Positions 33,916 to 44,742 of a stretch of 64,000 nt of DNA are shown one piece after another (position 1 is the first letter of the stretch; each line of letters starts with the position of its first letter). Under the pieces are notes generated by a model. It had not been told where the DNA came from. It saw only the letters and a program-made list of their open reading frames with translations, and searched no databases. The translations under genes and the position numbers were made by a program. The stretch comes from Candidatus Marinacidobacterales bacterium (lineage in GTDB: Bacteria > Acidobacteriota > Vicinamibacteria > Marinacidobacterales > SMYC01), in the NCBI GenBank assembly GCA_965237955.1, contig OZ250169.1:4992001-5056000 (forward strand). The letters run 5' to 3'.

Positions 33916-34051
33916 AGCGTCGATCGACCTCCGATTGGTCTGACAAGCTTACGGGATGCGCGGAGGGAAACCTGTGACACGAGTTGCTGGGTTTTCCCGC
34001 CAGGAAACGTGGTAGGAAACCCACAATGATGCCAAAAGAGAAAAGCAGCCG

Positions 34052-34400
34052 TTACGGGGAGGTGGTGGCCGCGGGCCGCTCGGGAGTACGGATCCACGTG
34101 GGGCGGGGTGTTCCCAACTCGACCCAGGCGTAGTTTCCGTAGCGCCCGAGGACGTCGATGGTGGTGCCGGCGTCGATGTGTTGCATCACCACTGCGTCCC
34201 TCGCCGGTCGATCGAGCACAGGTACCTCTCGAGCGAGCTCCACCGTATCGATCGCGCGGCTCGTGGGGTCGGTTTCACTCTCGGCAACATAGCCGGCGAC
34301 GCCGTTCGGCAACGCGACGCGATAGCTCCGGCTGGACCCGCCCGAGACGAAGAGCGGCGTATGCTTGGGCATCTCTCGTAGCGGATGCTTCCAAGCATGA
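34052..34400 (-). pseudogene. C-terminal SH3-like remnant of an exported protein
   Basis: YRVALPNG.AGYV, VLGRYG.Y..V, W; no N-terminus. Confidence 0.4.
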
Positions 34401-34478
34401 CATGGCGCGGCAGCGGTGAGTACTCTTGCATAGCGTTGTCTCAGAATACCGAAGTCGACCGCGGTAAGATAGGAGCCC

Positions 34479-34747
34479 ATGCCGAAGATGATCGCCGAAA
34501 CGCGTCGTCTAGCGAACAAGAAGCGGCTGGAGCGGATTCGCTCGAGCCGAGAGGCGATGCAGACGGTCATGGGAAAAGAGCTTCGCCGCCTGGTCGCGCT
34601 TACCGAGGTCAACGATCACGTGCGGCCGGAGGAGATCGAGCGTACTCGAGTCAAAATCGAGGAGCTCGACGAGGCCATCGGGTCCGCAGGCTTGCGGCTC
34701 GATGCTTTGCGACTGATCTGGAGGCGGCCAGCCCGCCGGAGCCGTAG
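34479..34747 (+). pseudogene. rapA: C-terminal remnant of RapA-like RNA-polymerase-associated ATPase
   Basis: ELRRL.AL..VN..VR.EEI and LRLDALRLI match the RapA C-terminus; the rest is absent. Confidence 0.65.
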
Positions 34748-34750
34748 CGT

Positions 34751-34933
34751 ATGTTGCGCGTTCGCGCCATCGTCACGATTGTTCTTCTGATTTCCGTTAT
34801 CTACGCGTTCACGCCCGCCGAGCGCAAGCGACGCTGGCTCGACAAGCTCCGCGAGCTCGCCAAAGCGCTCACGATCTCGACGGTTCTCTACTGGATCTAC
34901 ATGTTCGCGGTGTTCTTCTTGCGTCAGAATTAG
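34751..34933 (+). CDS. Small two-TM membrane protein (60 aa)
   Basis: Two hydrophobic helices separated by a basic loop. Confidence 0.5.
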   Translation: MLRVRAIVTIVLLISVIYAFTPAERKRRWLDKLRELAKALTISTVLYWIYMFAVFFLRQN

Positions 34934-34984
34934 CGGCTGGCATAATTGAGATGAACCCTGAAAACGAAGGTCCACGCATCGCCC

Positions 34985-36700
34985 GTGCCAAGAAGAAGCT
35001 CGAGGTCCAACAATCACGGCAGCCTCGGATGCCTGTGTCTTTTCGCGCTTCCGTTCGTCGGAGTGGGCGTGTTCATGGGCTATCTCACCGTCGCGACGCT
35101 CGTCGAATGGTCGATGCGATCGTGGGTGCGCGTCGACGCCGAGATCGTTTCCGTCAATCTACAGCGGAACAGCGGCTCAGATTCGACGACCTATGAGGTG
35201 ACGGCGAGCTACCGTTACGTCGTCAACGGCCAGGAGTACAGCGGATCACGAGTCGCTCTCCACTCGGGCTCCGACAATATCGGCCACCACCACCGCGACG
35301 CCTACGCGGAGCTTTCCGGCTACCGGGGCAAGACATTCCGTTGTTTCGTCGATCCGAGCTCGCCCTCCGATGCCGTTCTCTATCGCGATCTCCGCTACGG
35401 CCTCGTCGGCTTCTATCTTCTTTTCGTGGTGCTGTTCGGGGGCGCGGGCTTCGGGATGATCGCGGCGGGTCTCTATGGTTCGCGGAAAGCGAAGCGGCAC
35501 GAAGAGCTCGAAGCGCTCCACCCCGACGAGCCCTGGCTCCAGAACGAAGACTGGAACGAGGGCCGCATACGTTCGTCGACCAAGGCGGCGTTCATCACTA
35601 GCGCGGTTTTCGCCGGCGTGTGGAACTTGCTCTCGATGCCGGTCGTCGTGTTCGCACACGAGCAAATCTTCGACCCTGACAACCGCATTGCACTCGTGGC
35701 GCTCTTGTTTCCCATCGTAGGAGTGGGCCTCGTCGTATGGGCCGCGCGCAGCTTCATCCAGTGGCGCAAGTTCGGCGAGTCCATCTTCGAAATGCGGACG
35801 ATCCCGGGCGTCATTGGAGGACCGCTCGAGGGGACGATTCGCGTCAGCGCGGACATTCGTCCGGGGGCGGGCTTCGACGTGATGCTCAGCTCGGTACACC
35901 GCTATCGCTCGGGAAGCGGAAAGAATCGAAGCACCCATCAAGACGTGCTCTGGCAGAAATCGTATCGGGTCGCGCTCGCTCGATCGGGCCCGGGCATCCC
36001 GATCGCGTTTCAGATGCCGTACGACTGCGAGCCGACCGACGACAGCGACTCCGACAACCAACGTATCTGGAAGTTGGAAGTGAAGGCGGAAGTGTTGGGT
36101 GTCGACTACCACGTCGAGTTCGAGGTTCCCGTGTTCCGTACCGAGCACAGCTCAACGCACGCTCCCGATCCGAGCGACGGGGTCGACCCGCCGTTTCGCG
36201 TCGACGTGCCCCTTGCAGAGCAGCTTCGCAAATCGGGCGCCCGTGTCGAGCACCTAGCGTCCGGCAGACGGTTCGTGTTTCCGATGGCTCGTCATGTTGG
36301 AAGCGCACTTGCGCTCACGCTCTTTTTCGCCGTTCTGACCGGAATCACGGTCGGTCTCTGGTACTCCGATGCGCCTCGCTTGTTCCCATGGGTCTTCGGC
36401 CTGTTCGACGTTCTCATCTTCTTGGGCGTGCTGGATATGTGGTTTTTCTCGAGCCGCATCGATGTGCGAGAGGGGGGGCTGAGCTTTGCCGCCGGACTGT
36501 TTGGCGGGAGACGTCGCGAGCTGAGCCGCACCGACATCGAGAAAGTCGCGCCGAAACGTGGAATGCAGTCCGGGAATAAGCTGTTCTACCAGATCGAGAT
36601 TCTCGAGCATGGCGGTAAGACCCACGTCGCCGCGAAGCGCCTGCCCGATCTCGATACCGCCGAGCGGCTCGCCGCGGAGATTGAAAACATTCTCGGTTGA
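34985..36700 (+). CDS. DUF3592-domain membrane protein
   Basis: FALPF..VG; Y.Y.V.G..Y; FVDP..P..AVL.R. Confidence 0.75.
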   Translation: MPRRSSRSNNHGSLGCLCLFALPFVGVGVFMGYLTVATLVEWSMRSWVRVDAEIVSVNLQRNSGSDSTTYEVTASYRYVVNGQEYSGSRVALHSGSDNIGHHHRDAYAELSGYRGKTFRCFVDPSSPSDAVLYRDLRYGLVGFYLLFVVLFGGAGFGMIAAGLYGSRKAKRHEELEALHPDEPWLQNEDWNEGRIRSSTKAAFITSAVFAGVWNLLSMPVVVFAHEQIFDPDNRIALVALLFPIVGVGLVVWAARSFIQWRKFGESIFEMRTIPGVIGGPLEGTIRVSADIRPGAGFDVMLSSVHRYRSGSGKNRSTHQDVLWQKSYRVALARSGPGIPIAFQMPYDCEPTDDSDSDNQRIWKLEVKAEVLGVDYHVEFEVPVFRTEHSSTHAPDPSDGVDPPFRVDVPLAEQLRKSGARVEHLASGRRFVFPMARHVGSALALTLFFAVLTGITVGLWYSDAPRLFPWVFGLFDVLIFLGVLDMWFFSSRIDVREGGLSFAAGLFGGRRRELSRTDIEKVAPKRGMQSGNKLFYQIEILEHGGKTHVAAKRLPDLDTAERLAAEIENILG

Positions 36701-36747
36701 CAAGTATAATTGACGTATCGAAGAATCCGATTCAGCAAGGTCTCGCC

Positions 36748-37348
36748 ATGAAAACGTTGCTCGACTTGATCCAGGAATGGGCCACGCTCAACGATGCCAA
36801 GACCTTGGCCGGCGGCGTTCTGCCACCCGACGACGAAGCGCGGTGGAACGAGCTGAGAGAATTCTACGAGCTTCTGATGGCACAGGATGGCCTGCCCGAG
36901 CACCCGGTCGCTCGCTACTCCGCCTCCGAGATTCGAAACGCGGTGTCCAAGCGATCGGGGCTCCGGGTCCGCACCGACCTCGAGATCGTAATGATGAAGG
37001 AGTCGGAAGTTCATTTCGCTCGTGTTGGGAATCTGAGCTGTGGGGGCGTCCTGCTGCTGAGTGACTCTGGCTTCGATGTCGGCACGGGAGTTCTGCTCCA
37101 TCTCGCGAACGTCTCTAGAGGCGCTGAAGTGCTTCCAATCAACGGAGAGATCGTGTGGAGCGCGGACTCGGGCGCCGGCAACGGCACGTTCCGCTACCGG
37201 ATGGGCGTTCAGTTTGCCGGACTCGGCACCAAAGAAGAGGAGACCCTCGACGCGTACGTCGTCGAACAGTCTCGAGACGAAGCTTCTGTCAGTGTCACGC
37301 GATTCCCTCCCGTCCGACTTTATGCAGCGAGAGGGGCTCGCGTTTTAG
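36748..37348 (+). CDS. PilZ-domain protein (C-terminal frameshift), paralog of 52421..53020
   Basis: R..LRV, NLSCGG, GEIVW, MGVQF. Confidence 0.75.
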
Positions 37349-37360
37349 GACCCAGCGGTA

Positions 37361-38179
37361 TCAACGCGGGATCGCCGTAGTTTCTCCCTCCGTCTCCCAC
37401 CCTTTTTCTTCCGCGAGCAGCTTCATGTCTTCGATGCGGTCTTCACTGAGCGGATGCGTTGCAAGATAGCTAGCGAGGGAGTGTTCCAAAGCCGTATCCG
37501 GGGAAGGAAGCTTCTCGAAGAAATCCGTAGCGCCTGCGACGTGACCGAACTCGGCCACGACGAGCATTAAGCCGAACGCATCGGCTTTCGATTCTTGCTC
37601 GCGGCTGAAACTCCGAGTCGACAATTGGCCCGAAAGCGCCACTAGCTCCGCCACGGTCCCACTCTGCCCCATCGCCGTCAGGATCAGAGCGAGCGCGAGA
37701 CCGCGCCCCAGGCTGCGCACGTGATCGCGATCGCGATAGTGACCGAGCTCGTGCCCGAGCACGAACGCGAGCTCGTTCTCGCTCTCGACTTGAGCCACGA
37801 GCCCGGTCGTTACTAGGATGAGCCTGCCCGGAAAAGCGAGTGCGTTGGGTTGGCTCGATTCGAGAAGCCCTACCCGGAGCCCGTCAGGGTGCTCGGGCCA
37901 GTGGACGAGGAGTCTTTCCAAAAGCGCCTCCAGCTCGCGCTCTTGGGCTTTCTCGACGTCGTTCGTCGGCGTGTACCGCATCGCTTCGAAGTTGGGAAAG
38001 ATGCTCGCCTCCCAAGACCGCGGCAGATAGGGGACGAGACGATCGACGAGAAACGTCGCGAGGCCGAGAAGGACGGCGACGACGACGATCACGCCGACGA
38101 CCAGCACCACACCCTCCTTCAGCGGATGACGCGGGGTGACGTTGACGTCGTCGCGGGGAAGGCGCGGTTTGAAGTTCAC
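37361..38179 (-). CDS. M48 family metallopeptidase
   Basis: NALAFPG, HELGH, FSREQE..AD, THP...R. Confidence 0.9.
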   Translation of the reverse strand: MNFKPRLPRDDVNVTPRHPLKEGVVLVVGVIVVVAVLLGLATFLVDRLVPYLPRSWEASIFPNFEAMRYTPTNDVEKAQERELEALLERLLVHWPEHPDGLRVGLLESSQPNALAFPGRLILVTTGLVAQVESENELAFVLGHELGHYRDRDHVRSLGRGLALALILTAMGQSGTVAELVALSGQLSTRSFSREQESKADAFGLMLVVAEFGHVAGATDFFEKLPSPDTALEHSLASYLATHPLSEDRIEDMKLLAEEKGWETEGETTAIPR

Positions 38180-38661
38180 GCGACCGTCGCTGGTCTCTTG
38201 AACTTGACGCCGGTACCGAAGGCCAGGATCTCGACCGCGGCTGTGCCCTTGTTGTTCCCGTGCGAGCTCGCAATTCGTGACGTTTCGAGGCGGACGTTGA
38301 TGACCGCGTTGAAACCCTTCCGGCGTGCTTCGTCTTTCATACGCATGATCGCCTCTCGCCGCGCGCGGTCGAGCAGCGATTCGTACGACGCGATGCGGCC
38401 GCCGAACAGCATGCGAAGACCCGCCAGGAACCGCTTGAAATAGTCGACAGAGATGACCACGCTGCCGGTCACCATCATCGTATCGACCGCTTCCTGGTCC
38501 GGTGGCTCATAGGGGAACGTGACCGTGAGAAAATGTCGCGACGCGTGCTCCCGAGCCCTGAGCGCCCGGTAGTGTTTTTTCTCGATCGCGGTGCCGATGA
38601 AGTACGCGCCTATTAGGAGCACCAGCGCAACGAGGAGCTGAACGAGTGCATCGTAAGCCAT
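38176..38661 (-). CDS. YbjQ-family protein with N-terminal TM
   Basis: GGRI.SYESLLDRARREA..RM; AVINVR. Confidence 0.85.
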   Translation of the reverse strand: MAYDALVQLLVALVLLIGAYFIGTAIEKKHYRALRAREHASRHFLTVTFPYEPPDQEAVDTMMVTGSVVISVDYFKRFLAGLRMLFGGRIASYESLLDRARREAIMRMKDEARRKGFNAVINVRLETSRIASSHGNNKGTAAVEILAFGTGVKFKRPATVA

Positions 38662-38663
38662 CG

Positions 38664-38978
38664 CTACTGCACCTTGACCGCGGTGCCGTACGCGAACAGC
38701 TCGGCCGCGCCCTGGGCCACGGAGCTCGTGGTGAAGCGCACGTTGACAACGGCATTGGCCCCCATCGAGTGCGCCTGAGCGACCATCCTTTGGACGGCCT
38801 CCTGACGCGCTTCGTTGAGAAGCTCGGTGTAACCCTTCAACTCGCCACCGACGATGTTCTTGAAGCTGGCCATGATGTCTCGGCCGATATGTTTCGCGCG
38901 CACCGTGGAACCGGTGACGACACCGTAGAACTCGAGAATGGTTTTTCCCGGGACGTTCTCCGTATTGCTCAGAATCAA
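38664..38978 (-). CDS. YbjQ-family protein
   Basis: VGGELKGYT; GANAVVNVRF; AYGTAV. Confidence 0.9.
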   Translation of the reverse strand: MILSNTENVPGKTILEFYGVVTGSTVRAKHIGRDIMASFKNIVGGELKGYTELLNEARQEAVQRMVAQAHSMGANAVVNVRFTTSSVAQGAAELFAYGTAVKVQ

Positions 38979-38993
38979 GATGGTCTCCTTTCT

Positions 38994-39416
38994 TCAGTCT
39001 TCGTCGTGAATGGGACGCCTCTGCTCTTTCATTGCGGAGCGATGGCGTTTGTCATCAAGGCGCCTTTTTCTCGCCGTCATTGTCGGTTTGGTCTGACGGC
39101 GCTTTTTCGGTTTTTCCGCCGCCCGGCGCAGGAGCTCGACGAGACGCTCGACAGCATCTCCGCGGTTGCGCTTCTGGGAACGGAAACGATTGGCTTCGAT
39201 GGTCACGACGCCGTCGTCCGATATCCGGCTGCCCGCGAGCTCGGCCACGCGAGCACGGACGTCCTCCGGCAGTGACGGGGAGCCGCCAGCGTCGAACCGG
39301 AGCTGCACCGCGGTCGCTACTTTGTTGACGTGCTGACCACCCGGGCCTCCCGAGCGTACGAACTTCACCTCGAGCTCGGACTCGTCGATGGCGAGGTCTT
39401 CGGTGACTTGGAGCAT
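38994..39416 (-). CDS. arfB: Alternative ribosome rescue peptidyl-tRNA hydrolase
   Basis: GPGGQHVNK, RSQ..N, basic C-terminal tail. Confidence 0.92.
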   Translation of the reverse strand: MLQVTEDLAIDESELEVKFVRSGGPGGQHVNKVATAVQLRFDAGGSPSLPEDVRARVAELAGSRISDDGVVTIEANRFRSQKRNRGDAVERLVELLRRAAEKPKKRRQTKPTMTARKRRLDDKRHRSAMKEQRRPIHDED

Positions 39417-39512
39417 TCCTTTAATAAGGATACCAGGGTGACGCCCTGTGGCGGTCGGCGCGGGGCTAAAACCCCACGTTCCAAACTACCGCCGCCGAGC
39501 AATATGTCTTTG

Positions 39513-39556
39513 TTTCAATAACTTAGAGCAGGCTCGGTTTCGGCACGCGGATTGCT
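39513..39556 (+). promoter_or_regulatory. Sigma54 promoter with upstream IHF-like site
   Basis: CGGCACG-CGGA-TTGCT at 39541-39556; TTTCAATAACTTA at 39513-39525. Confidence 0.7.
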
Positions 39557-39599
39557 TTCTCGAATGGGGAATTCCCCCGAACCGAGACATTGAGGAGTC

Positions 39600-42297
39600 A
39601 TGCCGCGTTTCTCCGTTGTGCTTGCGTTGAGCGCCCTGTTTTTGGCCGCGGGCCCGTCCGGGGCGCAGACCACGCACTACCGGTCCATTGGCAGCGCTCT
39701 CGACTACACGACCGGAACGGTCACCGCGGTCAACGGTGAGACCTGCGTCGTCGGCTCGCTCGACCTCCAGTGGAAAACGGCGAATCGGGGCCGGGGCGAT
39801 CGCATCGTCATCGGCGGTATGCCGTACACGATTCTATCCGTCGACGCCGAGAACGAGCTCACGCTCACCCAGCCCTACACCGACCCGACGACGTTCACCG
39901 CGCTCTACACGATCTCCCGGAAGTTCGGGATGCTCAAAGACTGGGACGATTGCATCTCGAACGACGTAGGGTGCGACGGCGCCTCTTCGTCGAGCCTGGT
40001 CACGGACGATCGGATCGAGGTAGGCGTCGTCTACAAGGATTCGGTGTACCTCATGAATGCGGGCGGTGACAAGCTTGATCTCGAAAACGTCCCTACCGAC
40101 GCGGTCCACACCATCACGCTAACCGTCACCCCGCCCAACCGCCACCACGGCGTGCTGGACACGGGTGTGATTCTCGACAATGGTTCAGGCGACCCCGCCA
40201 TCAGAAATCCGGACCGGCTTCGTGACCATCGAGTGGATCGAGCTGCACCGTGGAGACACCGACGATCAGATTCTTGCCGACAACATCGGCCTCTCGAGCC
40301 AAATCGTCGTGCGCAACGTGTTGTTCTACGATGATGACAACACCGCGTACGGATTCCACGTCGACGATGAAGATGCCAAGGTTCTCTTCTATAACAACAT
40401 CCTCTACGGCTTGGATCACGGAGTGCACGTCGCCGGATTGACAGCCGCCTCGCCGGGCTTGTTCGAGTTCTACCACAACACGTTCTACCAGAATGTGCGC
40501 GGCTTGCACTCGCCAAGCCCCCCGGCCGACAACGACGTCATCGTCATGAACGGAAACCTGGCTCACTCCAACACATTGGCGGACTTCGACGCGCTCACTC
40601 CCGATCCGTCGAGCGCCAAGAATTGGTCCGGCGACGGTACCGGGGCGACTCACGGTGGCGTGGGTGGAATCGCGCTCCCCGCGATCTAGTTCGTCTCCTC
40701 GACGTTTCCGGAGGACTTGCACATCATGAGGGGCAGTATCGTCATGGATCAGGGCTTGGCAATCGCGGCCGTGATCGATGATATCGATGGCCGTCCTCGC
40801 GGCACTCCCGATATCGGCGCCGACGAGGCGGATAGCTCGTCCGCGAATCCAGCAAAGATTCTGACAGCGAAATCGGCCCTCGACCTCGTCCAGCTCGAGT
40901 GGCAGCACCCGGACTTCGGGCCGATGGACTTTGTCGAAGTCCACCGGAGCTCGACCGCCTTTCTGACAGATCTGTCCGTCCCGATGTTGGCGTGCACCTA
41001 CTTAACACCGGCTCCGGGAACGAAAGGACAGTGCGCGGACATGCTTCCTCGTGTCAACGGCACGCCGTATTACTACTCGGCCTTCGTCTACGACTTCGGT
41101 GGCAACTACTCGAAAGAGACGAGCGTGATAGGGCTGCCGTTCGACACCGGAGCCGTCCCCCCCAAGTGGACCTATGCGACGAGAGCGGCGACGCAAGAGC
41201 CCGCGGGTGTGCGAGGCTCGAACGCGTTCGTCGTCTCGAACGACAGTTTCTTCCACGCGATGCAGGGCGGCGCTCTTCCCACTTCGGGCGAGTGGCCTCT
41301 CTCTGCATGGGCGCCTTACAAGTTGCCGGCCGCGGTTCAACACCGTCCGGTGATCGTCAGCCTCACAGGCAGCCCGACGGCACTTCTCGGCGCCCAGGAC
41401 GGTCGAGTGTACGCGATCGACATCGCCACCGGGAGGCTGGTTTGGAAGAGCCCGGACCTGGGCGGGTCGATCGACGCGGCTCCCGCCGCGCTCGTTGCGG
41501 ACTACAGTGCGACGGGAGGAGGAGCCGACAAGGTCTTCGTGGGAACGTCGGACGCGTCGTCGAACTCTCTGTTCGTTCTCGACCTTTTCACAGGCGATCT
41601 CGTCGAGCGCTTCGATGATGTGAGCCAACCGGCGAACATCGGCGCCATCACCGGTGTTGCCGTCAAATACCCGAGCGGCCCGGTCTTCTTCACATCGGAC
41701 AACGGCTCGGGCGGAGGGAACAGAAACGTGTGGTCCATCGATGTCAGCGTGCTCCCGGCGACGCCGGTCGAGATTTGGTCGGACAACCCCGGTGCGATCG
41801 ATGCCGGCCCGACGCTCTACCAGAACCTCCTCTTCGTGGGCTCGAGGGCTGGGAATCTCATCGGCTACAACGACGTCGGTATCTTGCCGCTGTGGACGCT
41901 CGCGCTCGCCAACGGTGCGCTGAAGGCGCCGATTTTCCCCGTGTTCTCGTACGACACGCTCCTGGTGTCGACCGATGACGAAGTCCACTCGGTTCAGTTC
42001 ACCGCCACCGGCGGCTGCGTCACGCCTCCGTGCACGAACTGGACGGAGGTGCTGGGCTCGCCGGCATCACCGATTCTCTACGTTCCCGGGACCGATAAGG
42101 TCTACGTCGGCCTCGGGAACGGAGACTTGCGAGAATTTACCTTCGATCGGGTGGTACCCACCAACCCGCGGACGCCCCGGACCTTGACACTTTCCACGTC
42201 GGGGCTCGGTGGACCAGCGTTCTCCATTCCTCATCTCACGCTGTACGTGAGTGATACCAGTGGCAAAGTCCACGGCATTCCCTGGCCCATCCCATGA
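39600..42297 (+). CDS. Large secreted protein (beta-helix, DIDG..R..DIGADE motif, PQQ-like propeller) with a frameshift near 40205 and an in-frame TAG at 40687
   Basis: Signal peptide; three ORF pieces, the last two in the same frame; GAQDGRVYAID..TG.LVW repeats. Confidence 0.65.
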
Positions 42298-42677
42298 CGG
42301 AGCGGACACGATGAAGTTGCGAAGAGCTGGTTGGTGCGTTCTCCTCGCCGCGATCGTTCTGCTCGCGACGCCGGGTAGTGAAGCGATGATGGGCGAGCGT
42401 CCGAGAAAACGTCCGTTCTTGCTGCGCGCACACGTGGTCGACTTCGAGACCGGAGCGCACCCGAGAAAGCGCTCGCGCCGGCGGCGCTTCCGAGCCTACA
42501 AAACCCATACGATCGAGTTCGATGTCTTTCAGCGGGGACGTCCCGGTTTTGAGCGGCCGAGCCAAGTCAAGCTCTACTTGCCGAACGGCGATCTCTACAG
42601 CGCGCTCGATCTCGAGCCCTTCGAAGACGAATCGATTCGCAAGCGCGGCCGCCCGGCTGCGACGGCGCGGGTACGGG

Positions 42678-44241
42678 TGTATTGGTTCAGCGTGAAGATG
42701 ACAGCGAGGTTGGACGTTAACGCAACGCCCGGCGGCAGGATGTCCCCTATCGCCCCAGGGATCGTACCAGAGTGCTCGGGGGCGTCAAGGGTAAAGCGCG
42801 CTGCGCGCGCCGGCTTCGCCGCCCTTGACGCCCCCTGCGCTCTCTGGTACTCAATGCTTGTGGGCGAGAGGGAACGGAGTGGGGCTCCTGGGATCAGAGT
42901 GTTCATGCGGGCACCTTGTTCGCACGGCGCTCACGCCGCAGCTTCCGAGCCTGCTCGAGTTTGCGGTCTCGCTCCGACCAGATCTGGGTGGCCTTGCCAT
43001 CCATGAAGTCCAGCGGCGCAATGTAGCCGATCGCGCTGTGCAGGCGAACCCCGTTGTAATATTCGACGAATCGTTCCATCAAGCGGCGAGCCTCTTCGAG
43101 GCTCGTGGGGCTGGCAGGACGCAGGGCGTCCGATTTTATCGTCTTGTGCCAACGCTCGATCTTCCCGTTCGATTGCGGGTAGTACGGTGCGGTCCTCACG
43201 TGCGTCATCCCTGAGATGCGGATGAATGCCTTGAAGTCCTTCGCGATGTACTGCGGACCGTTGTCCGAGATGATTCGAGGCCGCGCATCGGGGTACCGCT
43301 CCTTTGCTCGCTCCAAGATGCACTCCACATCCGCTTCCGTCATCGACTCACGAATCTCCCAGTGAACCACCGCGCGGCTCGCACCATCCAGAAACGAGCA
43401 GAGGTAGTAGAACGTCCCACCCAGGTTCAAGTACGAGATATCCGTGTGCCAGTGCTGGTGCGCTCGCAGCGGCTGAACGAAGCCCGTTCCCTTCTTCGAC
43501 GGCTTCGGGTTCCAACGGTCCAGACGACCCGCCTTCGACAACACCCGGTACGTCGTCGAGGGGCTAACTGCCACCACGTCTTCGTCCAGCATCATGAACG
43601 TGAGTCGGCGATACCCGTCCAGTGGGTGGCAGTCGAAGTAGTCGATCACGGACTGGCGCTCCCATTCTTCGATCCAGTGATCCCGCGGCACCAGGCCGTT
43701 GTGCTCATTCACCTTCCCGTACCGCTTGCGCCAGTCGTAGAACTTGCCCCGAGCGATCCCGCACCACTGAACGATCTGCTGGACCGGAAGCTGGGTCTTG
43801 GTGGCGATTGTGTTCACGAAGTCGACAACCTCGTCACGACGGTCATGGGGAATCCAGGCACCACTCAGGCTTCCCCAAGTTTTTTTTGAGTGTCACGTAC
43901 TCTTCGGTCACCTCAGCGATGATCTGATCCTTACGGGCCACCTTCGCCTCGAGACGGGAGAGCTTCTCCTCTAGCTCCTTCTCACGGCTCGGCGCACGAC
44001 GGAACGAAAACACCGTATGGGCTCCAGCCAATAGCTCCCTTTGCCATGTGTAGAACAGGCTCGGCTGGATTTCTGCCTCGTTGCATACCTCCGAGACCGG
44101 CTTTTTCTCGGCAACGTGCTGGCGCAACAGCTCTGCCTTTTGCTCCGCAGTGTGACGACGACGACCTTTGCTCATGACAGCTCCTTTTTCCATGTGCGTA
44201 TTTTAACTTCAGGACTGTCATGTTCCAGCTGAACCGAAACA
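42678..44241 (-). mobile_element. IS3-family element, 1564 bp
   Basis: Imperfect 27-bp terminal IRs TGTATTGGTTCAGCGTGAAGATGACAG / TGTTTCGGTTCAGCTGGAACATGACAG; CGGG TSD at 42674-42677 and 44242-44245. Confidence 0.95.
42903..44175 (-). CDS. IS3 transposase OrfA/OrfB with probable programmed -1 frameshift
   Basis: OrfA HTH (43843..44175); A-rich slippery run near 43880-43887; OrfB WHTDISY, SDNG.QY, PQSNGKIER (DDE). Confidence 0.92.
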
Positions 44242-44742
44242 CGGGTTTCCGGCACGATGATCACGCGCTATGGGCTCTATGGCAAGTGGCGCGCGGAAGT
44301 CTGCTGGGAGACCGGCTCGGTGACGTCGTGCCGACGCGGGCTCACGTTCAGGATCCGCTGACCTCGGCGGCCGAACCCTTTCCTGTATAATCCCCATCCT
44401 TATGAGAATCCCGTCTTCCTTTGAACTCATAGACTTACGCGCCGGCCAAAGAGCGGATGTCGCGTTTGAGATCGCGGCGAGGAAGGGGCACACTCCATTC
44501 GAGTGCGTGCTGTCGGATTCGCAGGGCACGCCTATACAGCACCTCCGCTTCCCAGTACTTTCGCTCAGCTTCGTAAAGTCCAACGACCTGCTCAAGAGTC
44601 ACCGAAAGTGAGTGCCGTATTCACTGCATCTTCGGCGACAGTCACGTGTTCCGTGCCTTGGCAAATGAATGATAAGATGAGCGGACTTGCTGGCTGCCGG
44701 ATGGATGCGGACAAAATGGCTCGATAAGCGGAGACAAAACTA

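Larger units (their letters stand above)
42311..44361 (+). pseudogene. Exported hypothetical protein interrupted by IS3
   Basis: Removing the IS and one CGGG gives the continuous frame ..ATARVRVSGTMITRYGLYGKWRAEVCW..FRIR*. Confidence 0.75.

Noticed and set aside
29929-34035. TGGCAC/TGGCAT half-sites upstream of nfeD and of the DUF4388 gene as sigma54 promoters
   Set aside because: The -12 GC is missing at the required spacing.
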